Positions 11,401-19,589 of a stretch of 64,000 bases of DNA are shown piece by piece. Each line of letters opens with the position of its first letter. Within the stretch, counting starts at the first letter, position 1. The DNA is taken from IMG/VR virus record IMGVR_UViG_3300000062_000005, one strand, 5' to 3'. The notes below the pieces were generated by a model. The model did no database searches. It saw nothing but the letters and a program-made list of their open reading frames with translations, and had not been told where the DNA came from. This stretch comes from a virus. Made by a program: the position numbers and the translations under genes.

Positions 11401-12546
11401 CTTTGCAGCTCCTCCAGTTTTCTTTAATGCTTCTGCTTGCTCATTCAAAGCCTTAGCTGAAGCTGCAGACTGTAAATAAGACTTACCAAATATTAAAGAT
11501 ATGAAGGCAGCTAAATAAGCTGCAGCCTGAGACAGGGCATGCATTAAAGCGTTCAGGGCAGGGAGTATTGCCTCATAAATAGGTTGAAAAGCCACAGCTA
11601 ATCGGATTTTAATCTCATCTAAAGAGTGCATAAACTCTTCGTTTGTCCGGATTAAACCACCGATATAGTTTCGCAGATTTGTAAGACTTTTACGGATTAG
11701 ATTGAAGACTAAAACAGTTTGAACCATTCTAGTGATTCTTCTACCCATCTTTTCCAACAGCCCTGTGGTTTTCTTAGTATCTCTTCCAACTCCTGCTACT
11801 GCAGAAGCCATATTTCTTAAGGTACCATTAATTCTTTTTGCACTAAGATTCCATCTATCCGGATTCTCAGTATTAAATGCCTGAAGAAGAGCATTTTCAG
11901 TGGTACTAGCTTCGCTAGACATTCTCTCCAGTCTTCCTGAAGCCTCAGAGATACTTGCCTCAAGCCTTTGGGCCTCAATGCTTGTAGTGGGATCTAACCT
12001 TATTTGCTGTATATTGGTTTGGAGCAATCTACTTGAATCATCCACAGACCTGATCTTGAGTCCTAGTTCTTCCAATTTAGCATCTATATCTGCCAGTTCA
12101 GCAGAGGTAGTTGGAGAAACAGACCCAGAAGAAGCTATATCTGCGGCTCTATGCTGTTCCAGCATTTCCTGCTTAGCTATAAGTTCATCAAATTCTTTGT
12201 TAAGCTTTACCAGCTCTGATTCATTCTTAGTCAATTGTTTTTCCATATCCACAAGGGATTTGGGGGTTGTCTGTCCACTAGATAGCTTCTCGTATTGATT
12301 AGCCAAATCCAACACGTGGTTTCTTTGTTTCTGCACAGCCTCCAGCTGTCGATTAAGTTTTTGAGTGAATTTATCAACTTGTGCCTGCTGCTTTCCACCG
12401 AACGCAGATTCCGAAGCAGACGCAACATCCACAAGGGTTTTCTTCATGTCCACAAAGGCTTTATCCATGTTCTCTAAGCCCCTGTCAAAATTGTTAGCAT
12501 CAAATTTTGTGTCAAAGATAATTGAAGCATCTGCTCTGTCTGCCAC
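8467..12546 (-). CDS. Tape measure protein
   Basis: 1359 aa, coiled coil with hydrophobic Ala/Gly-rich helices and Trp-spaced repeats; C-terminal IPRLAQGGLI..VVGD motif. Confidence 0.93.
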   Translation of the reverse strand: MADRADASIIFDTKFDANNFDRGLENMDKAFVDMKKTLVDVASASESAFGGKQQAQVDKFTQKLNRQLEAVQKQRNHVLDLANQYEKLSSGQTTPKSLVDMEKQLTKNESELVKLNKEFDELIAKQEMLEQHRAADIASSGSVSPTTSAELADIDAKLEELGLKIRSVDDSSRLLQTNIQQIRLDPTTSIEAQRLEASISEASGRLERMSSEASTTENALLQAFNTENPDRWNLSAKRINGTLRNMASAVAGVGRDTKKTTGLLEKMGRRITRMVQTVLVFNLIRKSLTNLRNYIGGLIRTNEEFMHSLDEIKIRLAVAFQPIYEAILPALNALMHALSQAAAYLAAFISLIFGKSYLQSAASAKALNEQAEALKKTGGAAKDAGKFLAKFDDINQAAADTASGGAGTGDAFSDLFDNVKEPEIDMAWLEEFRRKLLEIVPDEDYFYNLGKGISDKIAKGLFGINWDKIQDWSYSFGIKLGAFLSGALANPDLWIAAGYTIAQGLNTAFLFALGFARTFDWAGLGQSIAAGINSFFSTFSWSTAGTTVSTFILGLLTTLLEAIRGVNWGLVGESIKEFLLAIDWLGIINAMFLIFGAAFGAIYDFLSGLFGEPVAAMLMGIATALLAYYAIVNLPTIINGVAAAFKFLQIVISSGAGFVMLGVALATFVALNDLSPELTVALGILAGALTALGTAMLIGFGPVGWAIGILAGLGAAAIAMSKVLGAEVIPDVERFGDSISEATQKALTPFIDKADQVREALTEMFLEGGPIVRDNTLAISGYFRDMADSAISDLERMKRESIANLAAIFGDEAVQYEERIATVNKFYDDAIAQINRQSTTLENAVRQAALDYGTESSEYAASVAAFEQYSDEKIAKFEEIQIAREAELVSLQQNAGAELQIYIDNKDQIIEQYNERELGILDAQNRINDQLRTHLEEGGTMEDEHYRALLLANEEFLSSVIDATVENDAERASLAETRATDLETIDKRHAADTLAAAAQHKKDIIKEATEQMNGQIKEAQRLKEAGQITDGEYQLMVAAAIQQRKDIISEEETKYNELVAKTTSGWEGIDGEIDLQTGKVFTRLSKWWDGVKTAWSDFWKGMTGEASSGASDTSDALVDGLGKGLDDNKGQIASNYASMLDGMVAAGDEAMGIHSPADITIEQGTNLVEGLLLAFDDGLPLVEGAVLQMMGIIRSTVDSTSPGIIGQFTNLYNIVIGKTETFTNSMVRSVYNMCQQIAMMLAMLEPPIFLSIPSPVPIAIPRLAQGGLIPPNKPRQVVVGDNTREEEIVSPRSAMREEATAAIKDVLAELGGVGALGGQAPIELTIEFEGRTLGKVLVPLLDKQRRLSGDRISAKAVTV

Positions 12547-12558
12547 AGTCTCACCTCT

Positions 12559-13125
12559 TTACTTCTTCCTTAGCTGTCTTACCATTTCATCGTAGTCAAA
12601 GCCTTCTTCTTTGAAGTCTATCAAATGTCTGTTTTCGGAGTAGAATTTCTGTTCATGCTTCTCCAGTTTTTCTCCTCTTGCCCGCTTACTTCTAATGCCC
12701 ATTATGTGTGATATCAAAGAATCTCCGTCGATAGCTTGACATAAACCATAAAAAGTCCACCAATGCATGTACTCCTCTTCTCTTACGTCTTTTGCTACTA
12801 CAGCATTTACCGCAGAAAAGAGAAGTTGTTCATCCTGAACATAATCCATAGTCTTGGGACTAACAGAACTCCTGCTGGAGGACTGTTGTCCAATATCCAG
12901 GAACCAAACGGCTTTCTCAAGGGCTTCTTTTTGATTCCGTGGAATATTAGGAACAGACTCTCCAGCAGGAGTAAATATAATCTCAAGCAAAGTCAATTGC
13001 TTATTCATGGGGCTAAGACTATCGTCATTATAGGCCTCGAAGATAAGTAATGCAGCTCTGAAGTCACTATTGATATCATATTCTACTCCTTCGACCTCAA
13101 GGGTCTTAGGAAGTAATCCTATCAT
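12559..13125 (-). CDS. Tail assembly chaperone (A118 Gp15-like)
   Basis: LPKTLEVEGVEYDINSDFRAAL, QDEQLLFSA and YMHWWTFYGL motifs; just before the tape measure. Confidence 0.8.
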   Translation of the reverse strand: MIGLLPKTLEVEGVEYDINSDFRAALLIFEAYNDDSLSPMNKQLTLLEIIFTPAGESVPNIPRNQKEALEKAVWFLDIGQQSSSRSSVSPKTMDYVQDEQLLFSAVNAVVAKDVREEEYMHWWTFYGLCQAIDGDSLISHIMGIRSKRARGEKLEKHEQKFYSENRHLIDFKEEGFDYDEMVRQLRKK

Positions 13126-13580
13126 ACCTTTCGGGGTTTAACAGGCCTCTTAGCCGCTGCAGTATACTTCTTTCTGGAAGCTTCAAAGTCTTTGATGGAT
13201 TTTTCAATGATAGGCATCAAAGCATCCATAAAGTTCATGAATAGCAAACTACCATTTCGGATGGGAGACAGAGGATTAGCGCCTCCGAAAGCAGCCTTAG
13301 ACACAGGAGACTGGAATACATCATCGATGGCCGCTTCCAATTCCAAGCCGAACTCTCTCAGAGAACCCTTCTCATATTCCTCAAGTCCAGTTTCCTTCGT
13401 AATCCCCATAGAGGAAATCTTAGGCCTAAATTCATTTTCCATCCAGTTCTGAAACTCAATGAATCTGTCCACAAAACCTACATCGTTGGGATTCCACCGA
13501 ATAGTTCTGTTAGGGTCTTCATTAATGGTCCTAACTTCAAACCCATCATCAAATTTCAAATTGCCCATAATTTCAGCCAT
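13122..13580 (-). CDS. Tail assembly chaperone
   Basis: 152 aa between the major tail gene and Gp15; FDDGFEVRTINEDPNRTIRWNPNDVGF. Confidence 0.65.
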   Translation of the reverse strand: MAEIMGNLKFDDGFEVRTINEDPNRTIRWNPNDVGFVDRFIEFQNWMENEFRPKISSMGITKETGLEEYEKGSLREFGLELEAAIDDVFQSPVSKAAFGGANPLSPIRNGSLLFMNFMDALMPIIEKSIKDFEASRKKYTAAAKRPVKPRKV

Positions 13581-13598
13581 GACTTGCTCCTTTCTGTG

Positions 13599-14126
13599 TT
13601 AAGGCACGATGACTGTCTCTGTGAAGTCCACAGTGTCAATCAAACCGTCAACAGTTCCGTGTTTAGTATCTCCCCCGAAAGTGACATCGAAGGGCATCTC
13701 AGTCCACAGCTCTCCTCCAAGGCTATTAGGAGTGATCGTGCAAGACATATAGAGGTCTGCCGGATATGTCCCAGAATCAGGCTCTGCCAAGAATCCATAG
13801 ATCAAGATGCATTTGAACTGGCTGAACTTTTCCATCTCACGGAAGCGGAAATACTGAATGAGCTTTTCTGCAATAGCTCCATTCTTTCCAGCTGTGAGAC
13901 GATGGGGCTCGAAAGTTTGAGTAGGCTCAAACTTATTCACAGAGCCAAAGTTACGGCCATTGATATCCTGACCAGTTTCAGTATCAGGGTTAAACTCTAT
14001 GGCACTGGAGGTAATGCGATAGCCAACTACCACATATTCTGGGGTAGCAGTATCACTTACGTCAATGGCGCATGCTAGATATTTTCTCTGTACATCGCCA
14101 GTACCTTTGATTGTCGGAATAGGCAT
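13599..14126 (-). CDS. Major tail (tube) protein
   Basis: 175 aa; position and acidic beta-rich composition; C-terminal FDVTFGGDTKHGT. Confidence 0.75.
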   Translation of the reverse strand: MPIPTIKGTGDVQRKYLACAIDVSDTATPEYVVVGYRITSSAIEFNPDTETGQDINGRNFGSVNKFEPTQTFEPHRLTAGKNGAIAEKLIQYFRFREMEKFSQFKCILIYGFLAEPDSGTYPADLYMSCTITPNSLGGELWTEMPFDVTFGGDTKHGTVDGLIDTVDFTETVIVP

Positions 14127-14139
14127 TTATTTTTCCTCC

Positions 14140-14616
14140 TTATTGATATTCATTGTAATATGTTATGTGAAGCTGAACCATATACAGACTAGATTCTTCT
14201 CCTTCCCACTCTGCAAAGTATACTCCATTGTCAGCTCTCATCTCCTCAACTACCTCTCCATTTAGAGAAGAGCTTATTTTTGGAGTTAAGCCATATGCTT
14301 GACAATACTCTATCCATTGCTCAAAATTGAAAAGAAAGTCTGCTATCTCTTGTCTATATACATCATGATTGGATTTGCGCAGGAGCCACAGCTGGAAGTT
14401 AGCCTGCCTGACAGTGTACCTTTTGGTGATAAGGTCGTTGTTACTGGACACCATCACACTACCCACATAGTCCAAAGCACTTCCGTCTGGAATAGAAGTT
14501 GCTAACCTCTGGACACTGGCGGGCTTCAAGTCGATATGAAATTCTTCCAGAAAGGGACAAGTTTTGATAAAATTCATAATAGGCTTTATAACATTTTTTG
14601 TCTTAAATTCTACCAC
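14140..14616 (-). CDS. Tail terminator/completion protein
   Basis: Just upstream of the tail tube gene; C-terminal YMVQLHITYY. Confidence 0.6.
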   Translation of the reverse strand: MVEFKTKNVIKPIMNFIKTCPFLEEFHIDLKPASVQRLATSIPDGSALDYVGSVMVSSNNDLITKRYTVRQANFQLWLLRKSNHDVYRQEIADFLFNFEQWIEYCQAYGLTPKISSSLNGEVVEEMRADNGVYFAEWEGEESSLYMVQLHITYYNEYQ

Positions 14617-14996
14617 TGTTGTCTCACCTTCCTTCTAACCATTCCTTCTAGCTCTTTGAGATGGTCCTGCTTGTATCGTATAGCCCAAATAGGGCCAGCC
14701 TTGGGATGTCTTCGTTGACTAAAATTCCAGCCTAGAGCATGCCAGATGAATCTTACATATGGAGTCTTCCAGACTATCATACCAGAACCAATCTGAGTGC
14801 TAAGAACTCCACTACGAGTAGTAGTACCAATCCTCATCGGTACATAAGGTTCCACACCCTTCAGGACTGTGCTGTCAATAAATGACTGAATGGGCCCACC
14901 CAAAGCAAACATCTTATGACCTTTTTCGTAAACGTTTTCTAGCCCCAGCCTAGCATCAATTACCATTCCCATCAGCATCGTACCTCTAAATACCAC
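14610..14996 (-). CDS. Neck protein (Minor_capsid_2-like)
   Basis: PYVPMRIGT..RSG, IVWKTPYVRF and HPKAGPIW motifs. Confidence 0.7.
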   Translation of the reverse strand: MVFRGTMLMGMVIDARLGLENVYEKGHKMFALGGPIQSFIDSTVLKGVEPYVPMRIGTTTRSGVLSTQIGSGMIVWKTPYVRFIWHALGWNFSQRRHPKAGPIWAIRYKQDHLKELEGMVRRKVRQQW

Positions 14997-15427
14997 AGGT
15001 TACGGCTGCCGGTGAAATGTTCCACCAACTCCTTAGGCCTTTTATACTTATGGGTTTTTTCAAAGGGCTGAATATATTTTCTGAAGTAACCTTCAAAGAC
15101 ATCCTGTGGAAAATTAAAAGCTGACTCACCTTGAACGATATAAGTTCCTAGCAACTCAGGGCCTATTTCCACAGTCCATCCCGTTCCCTTGAAAAATTCT
15201 CCTCTTTGGGAGGAAAAATACTCTGGATTATATGGAATTAGCAATTTTACAGCGTCTAAAAGGGCTTTCCCCGTTTTTCTGAAAGAAGCCTCAGAATCCT
15301 GCTGCCATATGCAATCTGGAATGATAGTCTTTTTGTAGAACAGTTGAGGGTCTCTGTCTGCTTGAGAATCCAAATGTACAAAGTTGAATAGAGTTATAGT
15401 AGTTTTAGCCGTATCTCTTACTAGCAT
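14972..15427 (-). CDS. Head-closure protein
   Basis: TITLFN...KKTIIPDCIW...W..V pattern; lies in the neck gene series. Confidence 0.55.
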   Translation of the reverse strand: MLVRDTAKTTITLFNFVHLDSQADRDPQLFYKKTIIPDCIWQQDSEASFRKTGKALLDAVKLLIPYNPEYFSSQRGEFFKGTGWTVEIGPELLGTYIVQGESAFNFPQDVFEGYFRKYIQPFEKTHKYKRPKELVEHFTGSRNLWYLEVRC

Positions 15428-15429
15428 CT

Positions 15430-15771
15430 CTAGCCTCCTCTATACATCAAACCAAGATTAAAAAGGTGATTTTGACAGATTTTGTATTCAGTTCCTTTGA
15501 AATAAGTGACAGATCTTCCAGCTATACCTTCAGATTGCTTGTTTTCAGAGCCTTCATTCATATAGAAATATTCAGCTAATTCACAAGCACATTGTCCTAT
15601 GGGATCTGAAGAAGTTTCTAGCCTTCTTTCATCAATTTTTCCAAGGCATACTAAATCCATAAACTGTCGGGCCTTTTTCTCCCAGAAGGGGAATTCTCCA
15701 AGCGGAAGTACTGGTTTTCTTCCAAGTAGGTAGTTACTTTGATAGAATTCAACATCCGCATAAATCATCAA
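15430..15771 (-). CDS. Head-tail connector (adaptor)
   Basis: YADVEFYQSNY...ACELAEY...SEGIAGRSVTY...LMYRG. Confidence 0.75.
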   Translation of the reverse strand: MMIYADVEFYQSNYLLGRKPVLPLGEFPFWEKKARQFMDLVCLGKIDERRLETSSDPIGQCACELAEYFYMNEGSENKQSEGIAGRSVTYFKGTEYKICQNHLFNLGLMYRGG

Positions 15772-15779
15772 AGCACCTC

Positions 15780-15983
15780 CTAATCTTGAATGTCTTCAAT
15801 AATATCCTCATCGTTCTCAACTTCAGGCTCTTCAGAGACTTCATCCATAGGTTCATCCATAGGTTCATTCTTTGAAGACTTCTTCAACTTCTTATATTTC
15901 TCAGGATGCCGAAGCCACTGGGTAATAGTGAGCTCATTATCACTCTCAAGGATGAGCCGAGTTTCTTTGTCACGAACTCGCAT
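15780..15983 (-). CDS. Small hypothetical protein downstream of the major capsid gene
   Basis: 67 aa with a good RBS (aaaggag) and an acidic C-terminus. Confidence 0.6.
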   Translation of the reverse strand: MRVRDKETRLILESDNELTITQWLRHPEKYKKLKKSSKNEPMDEPMDEVSEEPEVENDEDIIEDIQD

Positions 15984-16024
15984 CTTATTACTCCTTTCAT
16001 AGATTACTTGCTAAGAGCCGCTGG

Positions 16025-16120
16025 GAGCGCGCTGAGGTCAGAAGGACTGCTGGTTAATGGAAACATACCAGCGCCGGCTAAAAGCTCTTAAAACTGACCT
16101 CAGCGCTCTCATACGTCAGA
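16025..16120. repeat. Structured intergenic element (copy A of the AAAAGCTC-N20-CTCAWACGTCA family)
   Basis: 16/17-bp inverted repeat at 16025-16041 / 16094-16110; bipartite motif at 16080-16118. Confidence 0.75.
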
Positions 16121-16128
16121 GACTGCAA

Positions 16129-16965
16129 TTAGCCATTTCTCTTGACAACCAATTCAGGCATAACAGCTTTTACACCATAGCTGAAGAACAGCTCAAGGGC
16201 GTAAGCTGCAGACAGGGGAATCTTTTCTGCAGTATACTCCTTCGGAAGAACCGGAAGAGCAATAGAACCTATACACATACCTACACCAGCAACGCCTGCG
16301 GGCAGGTCGATGGAGCTGTACACACGTACGCCATTCAGGGAGCCAAACTCTTCGATAGAACTGTCAATGTTAGCATTGTTAATGCCAGTATTGACAAAAT
16401 TACGAACCTTAGAGTATTCGGCGGGGGTGAGAACAATGTGAATCATAGAGCGAGGTACCCCGTTCACAAAGTCATTTTTGGTAGTTTCGATAGCCAGGAC
16501 CATCTCCTCAAAGAGGTCCAGGGGGTCAGTGGCTGCTCCGGTTACTGCAGTAGCCACAGTGGCCGCCTCAGCGAAGAAGGCTTTCTCCAGAACGCGAGTC
16601 ATGGAGGCAGCATGTTCTGTGGACCGGCGAGACATGAGACCCTCAACACCATACAAGCTGGTGTCCTTCTCTTCCAACTCAGAAACAATTTCAAGGTCAT
16701 TGTCTATAGCCACAGTGACAGGACGAGCCACAAGCTCATCACCCTTACCCGCAGCTCGGGCAGTACCGTAAGCCTTAGCCTCCGCAAATGCGAAACGTTT
16801 AGCCTCGACAGTACCAGATACAGGGTTACCGCTCAAATCGGTATTCTTTAGGATGCCAGAGATAGTGCCTTTCTCAACATTCTCAATTACCTGACCATAT
16901 AGCTCAGCCAAATAATCCTTGCCAGCGGATTCGAGTAGAATTGCTAAAGATTGAATTCTTGCCAT
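16129..16965 (-). CDS. Major capsid protein
   Basis: 278 aa directly after the scaffold gene, with codon usage typical of a highly expressed gene; C-terminal LELFFSYGVKAVMPELV. Confidence 0.85.
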   Translation of the reverse strand: MARIQSLAILLESAGKDYLAELYGQVIENVEKGTISGILKNTDLSGNPVSGTVEAKRFAFAEAKAYGTARAAGKGDELVARPVTVAIDNDLEIVSELEEKDTSLYGVEGLMSRRSTEHAASMTRVLEKAFFAEAATVATAVTGAATDPLDLFEEMVLAIETTKNDFVNGVPRSMIHIVLTPAEYSKVRNFVNTGINNANIDSSIEEFGSLNGVRVYSSIDLPAGVAGVGMCIGSIALPVLPKEYTAEKIPLSAAYALELFFSYGVKAVMPELVVKRNG

Positions 16966-16984
16966 TTTAATCTCCCTTTCAAAA

Positions 16985-17581
16985 TTAAATTAGTTTAGGA
17001 ATAACTTTCTTAGGCGGAGCCTCTTTCTTAGCCTTATGGGCAGCTCCTTCATCCTTAGGGCCAGGGTCCAAAGATTCTGTCTTGAAAGCAGTAGGCTGTG
17101 ACTCCTGTAATTCAATTAGAGCCTCATCAAACCCCACCAGTGAATTACCCTCATACTTAACCTTCTCTTTTAGCTCTGCGTAGATACCCTTCTTGGCATA
17201 GGGACTGGTGAAAGCCAAGGAAGCTAGATGCTCACGCAAAAGCGCATCTTTTTCCAGTTCAGCCATTTTTTCTGCATTCTCAGTTTGAGCTGCCAGAAGA
17301 GCAGCCTCAGCATTTGTAAGCTTAGTATTGAGATCATTAATATCAACACCTTCAAACTTTTTCAAAGCTTCCTGAGCTGTAGTCAAGGAGCTGTTAAGCT
17401 CACCTAGCTTTTCTGGAGTAATTTCTGCCCTTTTATCTAAAGACTCAATCTTTGCATCCAAGGCTTTTTTTGCCTCTTCATAGGCCTTTTTGTTCGTCTC
17501 CACAGTCTTTCCATGCTCTGAAATAATGTTCTCTACCAAAGATTCTTCTAGACCTAGCTCTGTTAAAAATTCGCGTTTCAT
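16985..17581 (-). CDS. Capsid scaffolding protein (Phage_GP20-like)
   Basis: MKREFLTELGLEESLVENIISEHGK start followed by coiled coil. Confidence 0.85.
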   Translation of the reverse strand: MKREFLTELGLEESLVENIISEHGKTVETNKKAYEEAKKALDAKIESLDKRAEITPEKLGELNSSLTTAQEALKKFEGVDINDLNTKLTNAEAALLAAQTENAEKMAELEKDALLREHLASLAFTSPYAKKGIYAELKEKVKYEGNSLVGFDEALIELQESQPTAFKTESLDPGPKDEGAAHKAKKEAPPKKVIPKLI

Positions 17582-17589
17582 AAAGCTCC

Positions 17590-17657
17590 TTTCTCGGCTA
17601 CGCTTATTTACGAGAGTTGCATTCTCTTGCCTACGTAGTTTAACGACATTGCGGTCG
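17590..17657 (-). ncRNA. Structured 5' leader of the scaffold gene (candidate cis-regulatory RNA)
   Basis: Minus strand: CGAC/GTCG hairpin, then a CTACG/CGTAG stem enclosing a GAGA/TCTC hairpin, immediately before the RBS AAAGGAG. Confidence 0.45.
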
Positions 17658-17730
17658 AATTATGCACTCACAATAGAATTTTCACTTAAGTGGTTAAACC
17701 TCAAGTGAAAACTCTACTATGTAGTTGCTA

Positions 17731-17928
17731 TTACTCTTCTACAATCTCAAATAAGTCCGGAGGGTATAAGTAGCCCGGCTTCCAATTGGGATCATCAAAA
17801 ATGTTATCGTCATTTGGGTCTTCATCAATGATTCGATACTCACCATGCTCAGATATTTCTTCAACATTGTAGACTTTACCGTTGATACATCCAAAATGTG
17901 AACTGTCTCCAAGATACCTTACTTTCAT
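17731..17928 (-). CDS. Small acidic protein, putative immunity partner
   Basis: MKVRYLG..NGKVYNV..EYRIIDE..YLYPPDLFEIVEE; overlaps the stop codon of the upstream toxin-like gene. Confidence 0.55.
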   Translation of the reverse strand: MKVRYLGDSSHFGCINGKVYNVEEISEHGEYRIIDEDPNDDNIFDDPNWKPGYLYPPDLFEIVEE

Positions 17929-18362
17929 AACTTCTCTTTAAGCCTCCTTATGTTAGTACTGTTGTTATTCATATAAAAGTGAACTTCTCCAATTCTTTCA
18001 TTACCATTTCTATCAATGATAATAGCTTTTCCAGCATACTTACTCCAGCCACCTGTAAGTCCATCACCCGGATGATCTTTAGTTAACCATTTACCATCAA
18101 TTAAAGCCCTAGAAACATTTGGACCATGAGTAATAACTAAGTTAGTTATCTCAGTTCCTCCTTTAATAAACCTTCCAGTATCTACTTTCTGTCCTCCTCT
18201 CCAATCATAAAGCTTAAGAGGAGTATTCACTGGAATATTATCCACAGGCAAGTTCTTTGGAGGAACAGTTCCAGAACCTTTCATGGAGGCAAACTGTGGA
18301 GTTCCATCTTCTCCAAGTCTAACTCTAGCTCCCCTGATGGTTACCCACCGCTCTTCAGACAC
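17925..18362 (-). CDS. Stand-alone MuF-C-terminal-type toxin-like protein (putative RNase fold)
   Basis: IKGGTEITNL..GGWSKYAG..GEVHFY pattern like the C-terminal extensions of phage minor head proteins; N-terminal RWVTIRGARVRLGEDG motif. Confidence 0.45.
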   Translation of the reverse strand: MSEERWVTIRGARVRLGEDGTPQFASMKGSGTVPPKNLPVDNIPVNTPLKLYDWRGGQKVDTGRFIKGGTEITNLVITHGPNVSRALIDGKWLTKDHPGDGLTGGWSKYAGKAIIIDRNGNERIGEVHFYMNNNSTNIRRLKEKL

Positions 18363-18377
18363 AGTTATTACCTCCTT

Positions 18378-18406
18378 ATACTATCATATTAAACTGATAA
18401 TGTAAA
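18378..18406 (-). promoter_or_regulatory. SigA-like promoter for the 18362/17928 gene pair
   Basis: TTTACA (18401-18406), 17 bp, TG-a-TAGTAT (18378-18383), then AAGGAGG. Confidence 0.5.
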
Positions 18407-18419
18407 TGAAAACTTTCAC

Positions 18420-19589
18420 TCAAACAGTCCCAGTATATACCCTGTTAAACTCTGTAGGAATATCCATGGCCTCACTGAAGTTCTTATACAAACTTCGTTG
18501 TAAAGTATATTTAGTCTTAGCCTCCCATAATTCCTCCGGAAGCATTCCACCTTCATACCCTGCAATCTTAGAACGACTAAGTCTCATAGCTCTTTCCATT
18601 TTCCTTTGCATCTTCCTAGCTTCCCAAGAGTTATATGCTTTATCTTGAAAAACTCTAACTTCCAATTCCTTAGCTTCCATAGCTCTTAATTGTTCGTCAG
18701 AATAAGTAGGTGGAGTATCAGGAAACACAGCATACTTAATATGATAGCAGTTGAAGTCTTCTGGAGTTCCCACAGAGCCGTCAGGGCCCGGGTACAACTC
18801 ATAAAGTCTTCGCTCTACCGGATATAGCCTTCCAGTGGTATCGTACCTTCTTCCTCCCCAGCGATGGTTAGGCCTATGTCCTCCATGCCAAGATAGTTCA
18901 AAAGTAGTTAAACTCATCTGCTGGGCATTAAACTCACTCTGAGCATTTGTGGCATCCCTCAATCCACTCATCACAGCTCTTCGGGCAGCTACGTCTATTC
19001 TATCAGAGTGGCCTGTAGAATAATCCACAGTTCTTAGGCCTGATTCTGTCATTTTCTTGACTGCCTGTCTTATAGCTTGATCTGCTGTCTCAGTTCCAGT
19101 TAAAATTTTAGTCATTGCTAAGTCAAGCTCTTCTTGATAAAATTTAGCCACAGGCTTGAATACTAGTCCTAGAGGGGTTTTTACTGCGAATCCCAAAGAT
19201 CTGGTCATATTTATCATCTGACCTTGAGTTTGCTCTGAGATGGTTCTTATGAGACGTTGTAAAGCGTAGTTCTCCGAGAAGGGTATATAGGCTATCCCGT
19301 GTTCTTGGAATACTCTCTTATCATAAATATATCCAGCTTGAGCAGCTTCAGCAAACAGAGCATCAATCTGCTGGTTAGTTATCCCAAGTATCTTACGAAG
19401 CTCTTCTCTGAAGCTAACATCAAATAGTCTAACTTCTGATGCTTGTGTAAGTCTATACTCAGCACTGGAAGTAATATATCCGTTCTTTCTTATTCTTCTA
19501 GCGATATCAGAAATAGTCCAATTCTGCAAACGTTGAAGCAGTTGAACTATTTCGGAAGGAGCTACTTCTATGTCGAATAAGTTAAACAT
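18420..19589 (-). CDS. Minor capsid/head morphogenesis protein (MuF-type, Phage_min_cap2)
   Basis: Follows the portal; SGLRTVDY..RIDVAARRAV, SWHGGHRPNH..WGGR and FNCYH motifs; no long toxin extension. Confidence 0.85.
   Translation of the reverse strand: MFNLFDIEVAPSEIVQLLQRLQNWTISDIARRIRKNGYITSSAEYRLTQASEVRLFDVSFREELRKILGITNQQIDALFAEAAQAGYIYDKRVFQEHGIAYIPFSENYALQRLIRTISEQTQGQMINMTRSLGFAVKTPLGLVFKPVAKFYQEELDLAMTKILTGTETADQAIRQAVKKMTESGLRTVDYSTGHSDRIDVAARRAVMSGLRDATNAQSEFNAQQMSLTTFELSWHGGHRPNHRWGGRRYDTTGRLYPVERRLYELYPGPDGSVGTPEDFNCYHIKYAVFPDTPPTYSDEQLRAMEAKELEVRVFQDKAYNSWEARKMQRKMERAMRLSRSKIAGYEGGMLPEELWEAKTKYTLQRSLYKNFSEAMDIPTEFNRVYTGTV

Larger units (their letters stand above)
1..13422. repeat. 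First copy of the 13,422-bp segment repeated at 50579-64000 (genome unit length 50,578 bp)
   Basis: Base 1 (ggataggtatcaac...) recurs at 50579. The window end (...gaggaaatctta) equals 13411-13422. All ORFs recur with offset 50,578 and identical translations. Confidence 0.98.

Noticed and set aside
12559-13580. Programmed frameshift between the tail chaperone genes
   Set aside because: The genes have an ordinary stop/start overlap and I saw no convincing slippery heptamer.
16057-16851. 264-aa plus-strand ORF and other antisense ORFs (e.g. 2112-2645, 13584-14078, 26571-27134, 30154-30708)
   Set aside because: They are shadows of well-supported genes on the opposite strand, with no RBS or recognisable motifs.
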